Source of the DNA: a virus
Lineage: Duplodnaviria; Caudoviricetes
Direction: 5' to 3' (one strand)
Length of the DNA: 44,201 nt
IMG/VR virus record: IMGVR_UViG_3300048861_000253
Coordinates: 1-44,201 of that record
Below the pieces are notes generated by a model. The model was not told where the DNA came from and did not search any database. It was given only the letters and a program-made list of their open reading frames with translations. Position 1 is the first letter of the stretch. The number at the start of each line of letters is the position of its first letter. Positions 43,788 to 44,201 of the stretch are shown in pieces. The position numbers and the translations under genes were made by a program.

Positions 43788-43997
43788 TTTAATTTTAAGT
43801 ACGATGCTTTCTCGCGATACGAGAAAGCACGAGGCGATGCGCGTATAGAACGCGACCGAGAGATGGCGGCAACCAGGGCCTGGCCGAGAGATATGCGCCG
43901 AACGGCGACAGAGACAAACGACAGAGATGACCGACGAAGACTACCGACAAACGCTACCGCCGGGAGCGGATATTCCAGCTCCCGGCCAACTGCAGAT

Positions 43998-44201
43998 TTA
44001 CAGCGGCTTGATGTTCGAAGCCTGCATGCCCTTGGGGCCGCGCTTCGTTTCAAAGCTCACCTTCTGACCTTCGGCCAGCGTCTTGAAACCTTCCGAGCGA
44101 ATTTCCGAGAAGTGCGCGAAGAGATCGTCGCCGCCGTTATCCGGGGTAATGAAGCCGAAACCCTTGGTGTCGTTAAACCATTTAACCGTACCGTTGTCCA
44201 T
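43998..44201 (-). CDS. Cold-shock protein (CspA family)
   Basis: GTVKWFN, KGFGFI (RNP1), LFAHFS (RNP2). Confidence 0.97.
   Translation of the reverse strand: MDNGTVKWFNDTKGFGFITPDNGGDDLFAHFSEIRSEGFKTLAEGQKVSFETKRGPKGMQASNIKPL

Overview
The window is almost entirely one apparently intact lambdoid (HK97-head, lambda-tail) siphovirus prophage, about 43.4 kb. The host looks like a high-GC betaproteobacterium, Burkholderiaceae-like by gene families; this is inferred. Order: tyrosine integrase and xis-like gene; leftward early operon (Lar-like, dual-frame C5 methyltransferase, DUF550, DUF2303); accessory genes; cI/cro switch with ATTAC-N6-GTAAT operators; CII-like, Rha-KilAC, replication initiator with iterons, RusA and nin-like genes, Q-like; HicAB; HNH, terminase, HK97 head, tail, lysis; a membrane moron; and an att copy made of the 3' part of tRNA-Sec (43379-43446). 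Two host genes follow, one a cold-shock protein. The most notable items are a C5-MTase encoded by two almost fully overlapping same-strand frames, several small antisense gene cassettes, unannotated membrane genes in the rexAB position and beside attR (defence/exclusion candidates), a lipoprotein with degenerate SGNH motifs, and an orphan SOS box. All family calls come from motif recognition by eye, not database searches.
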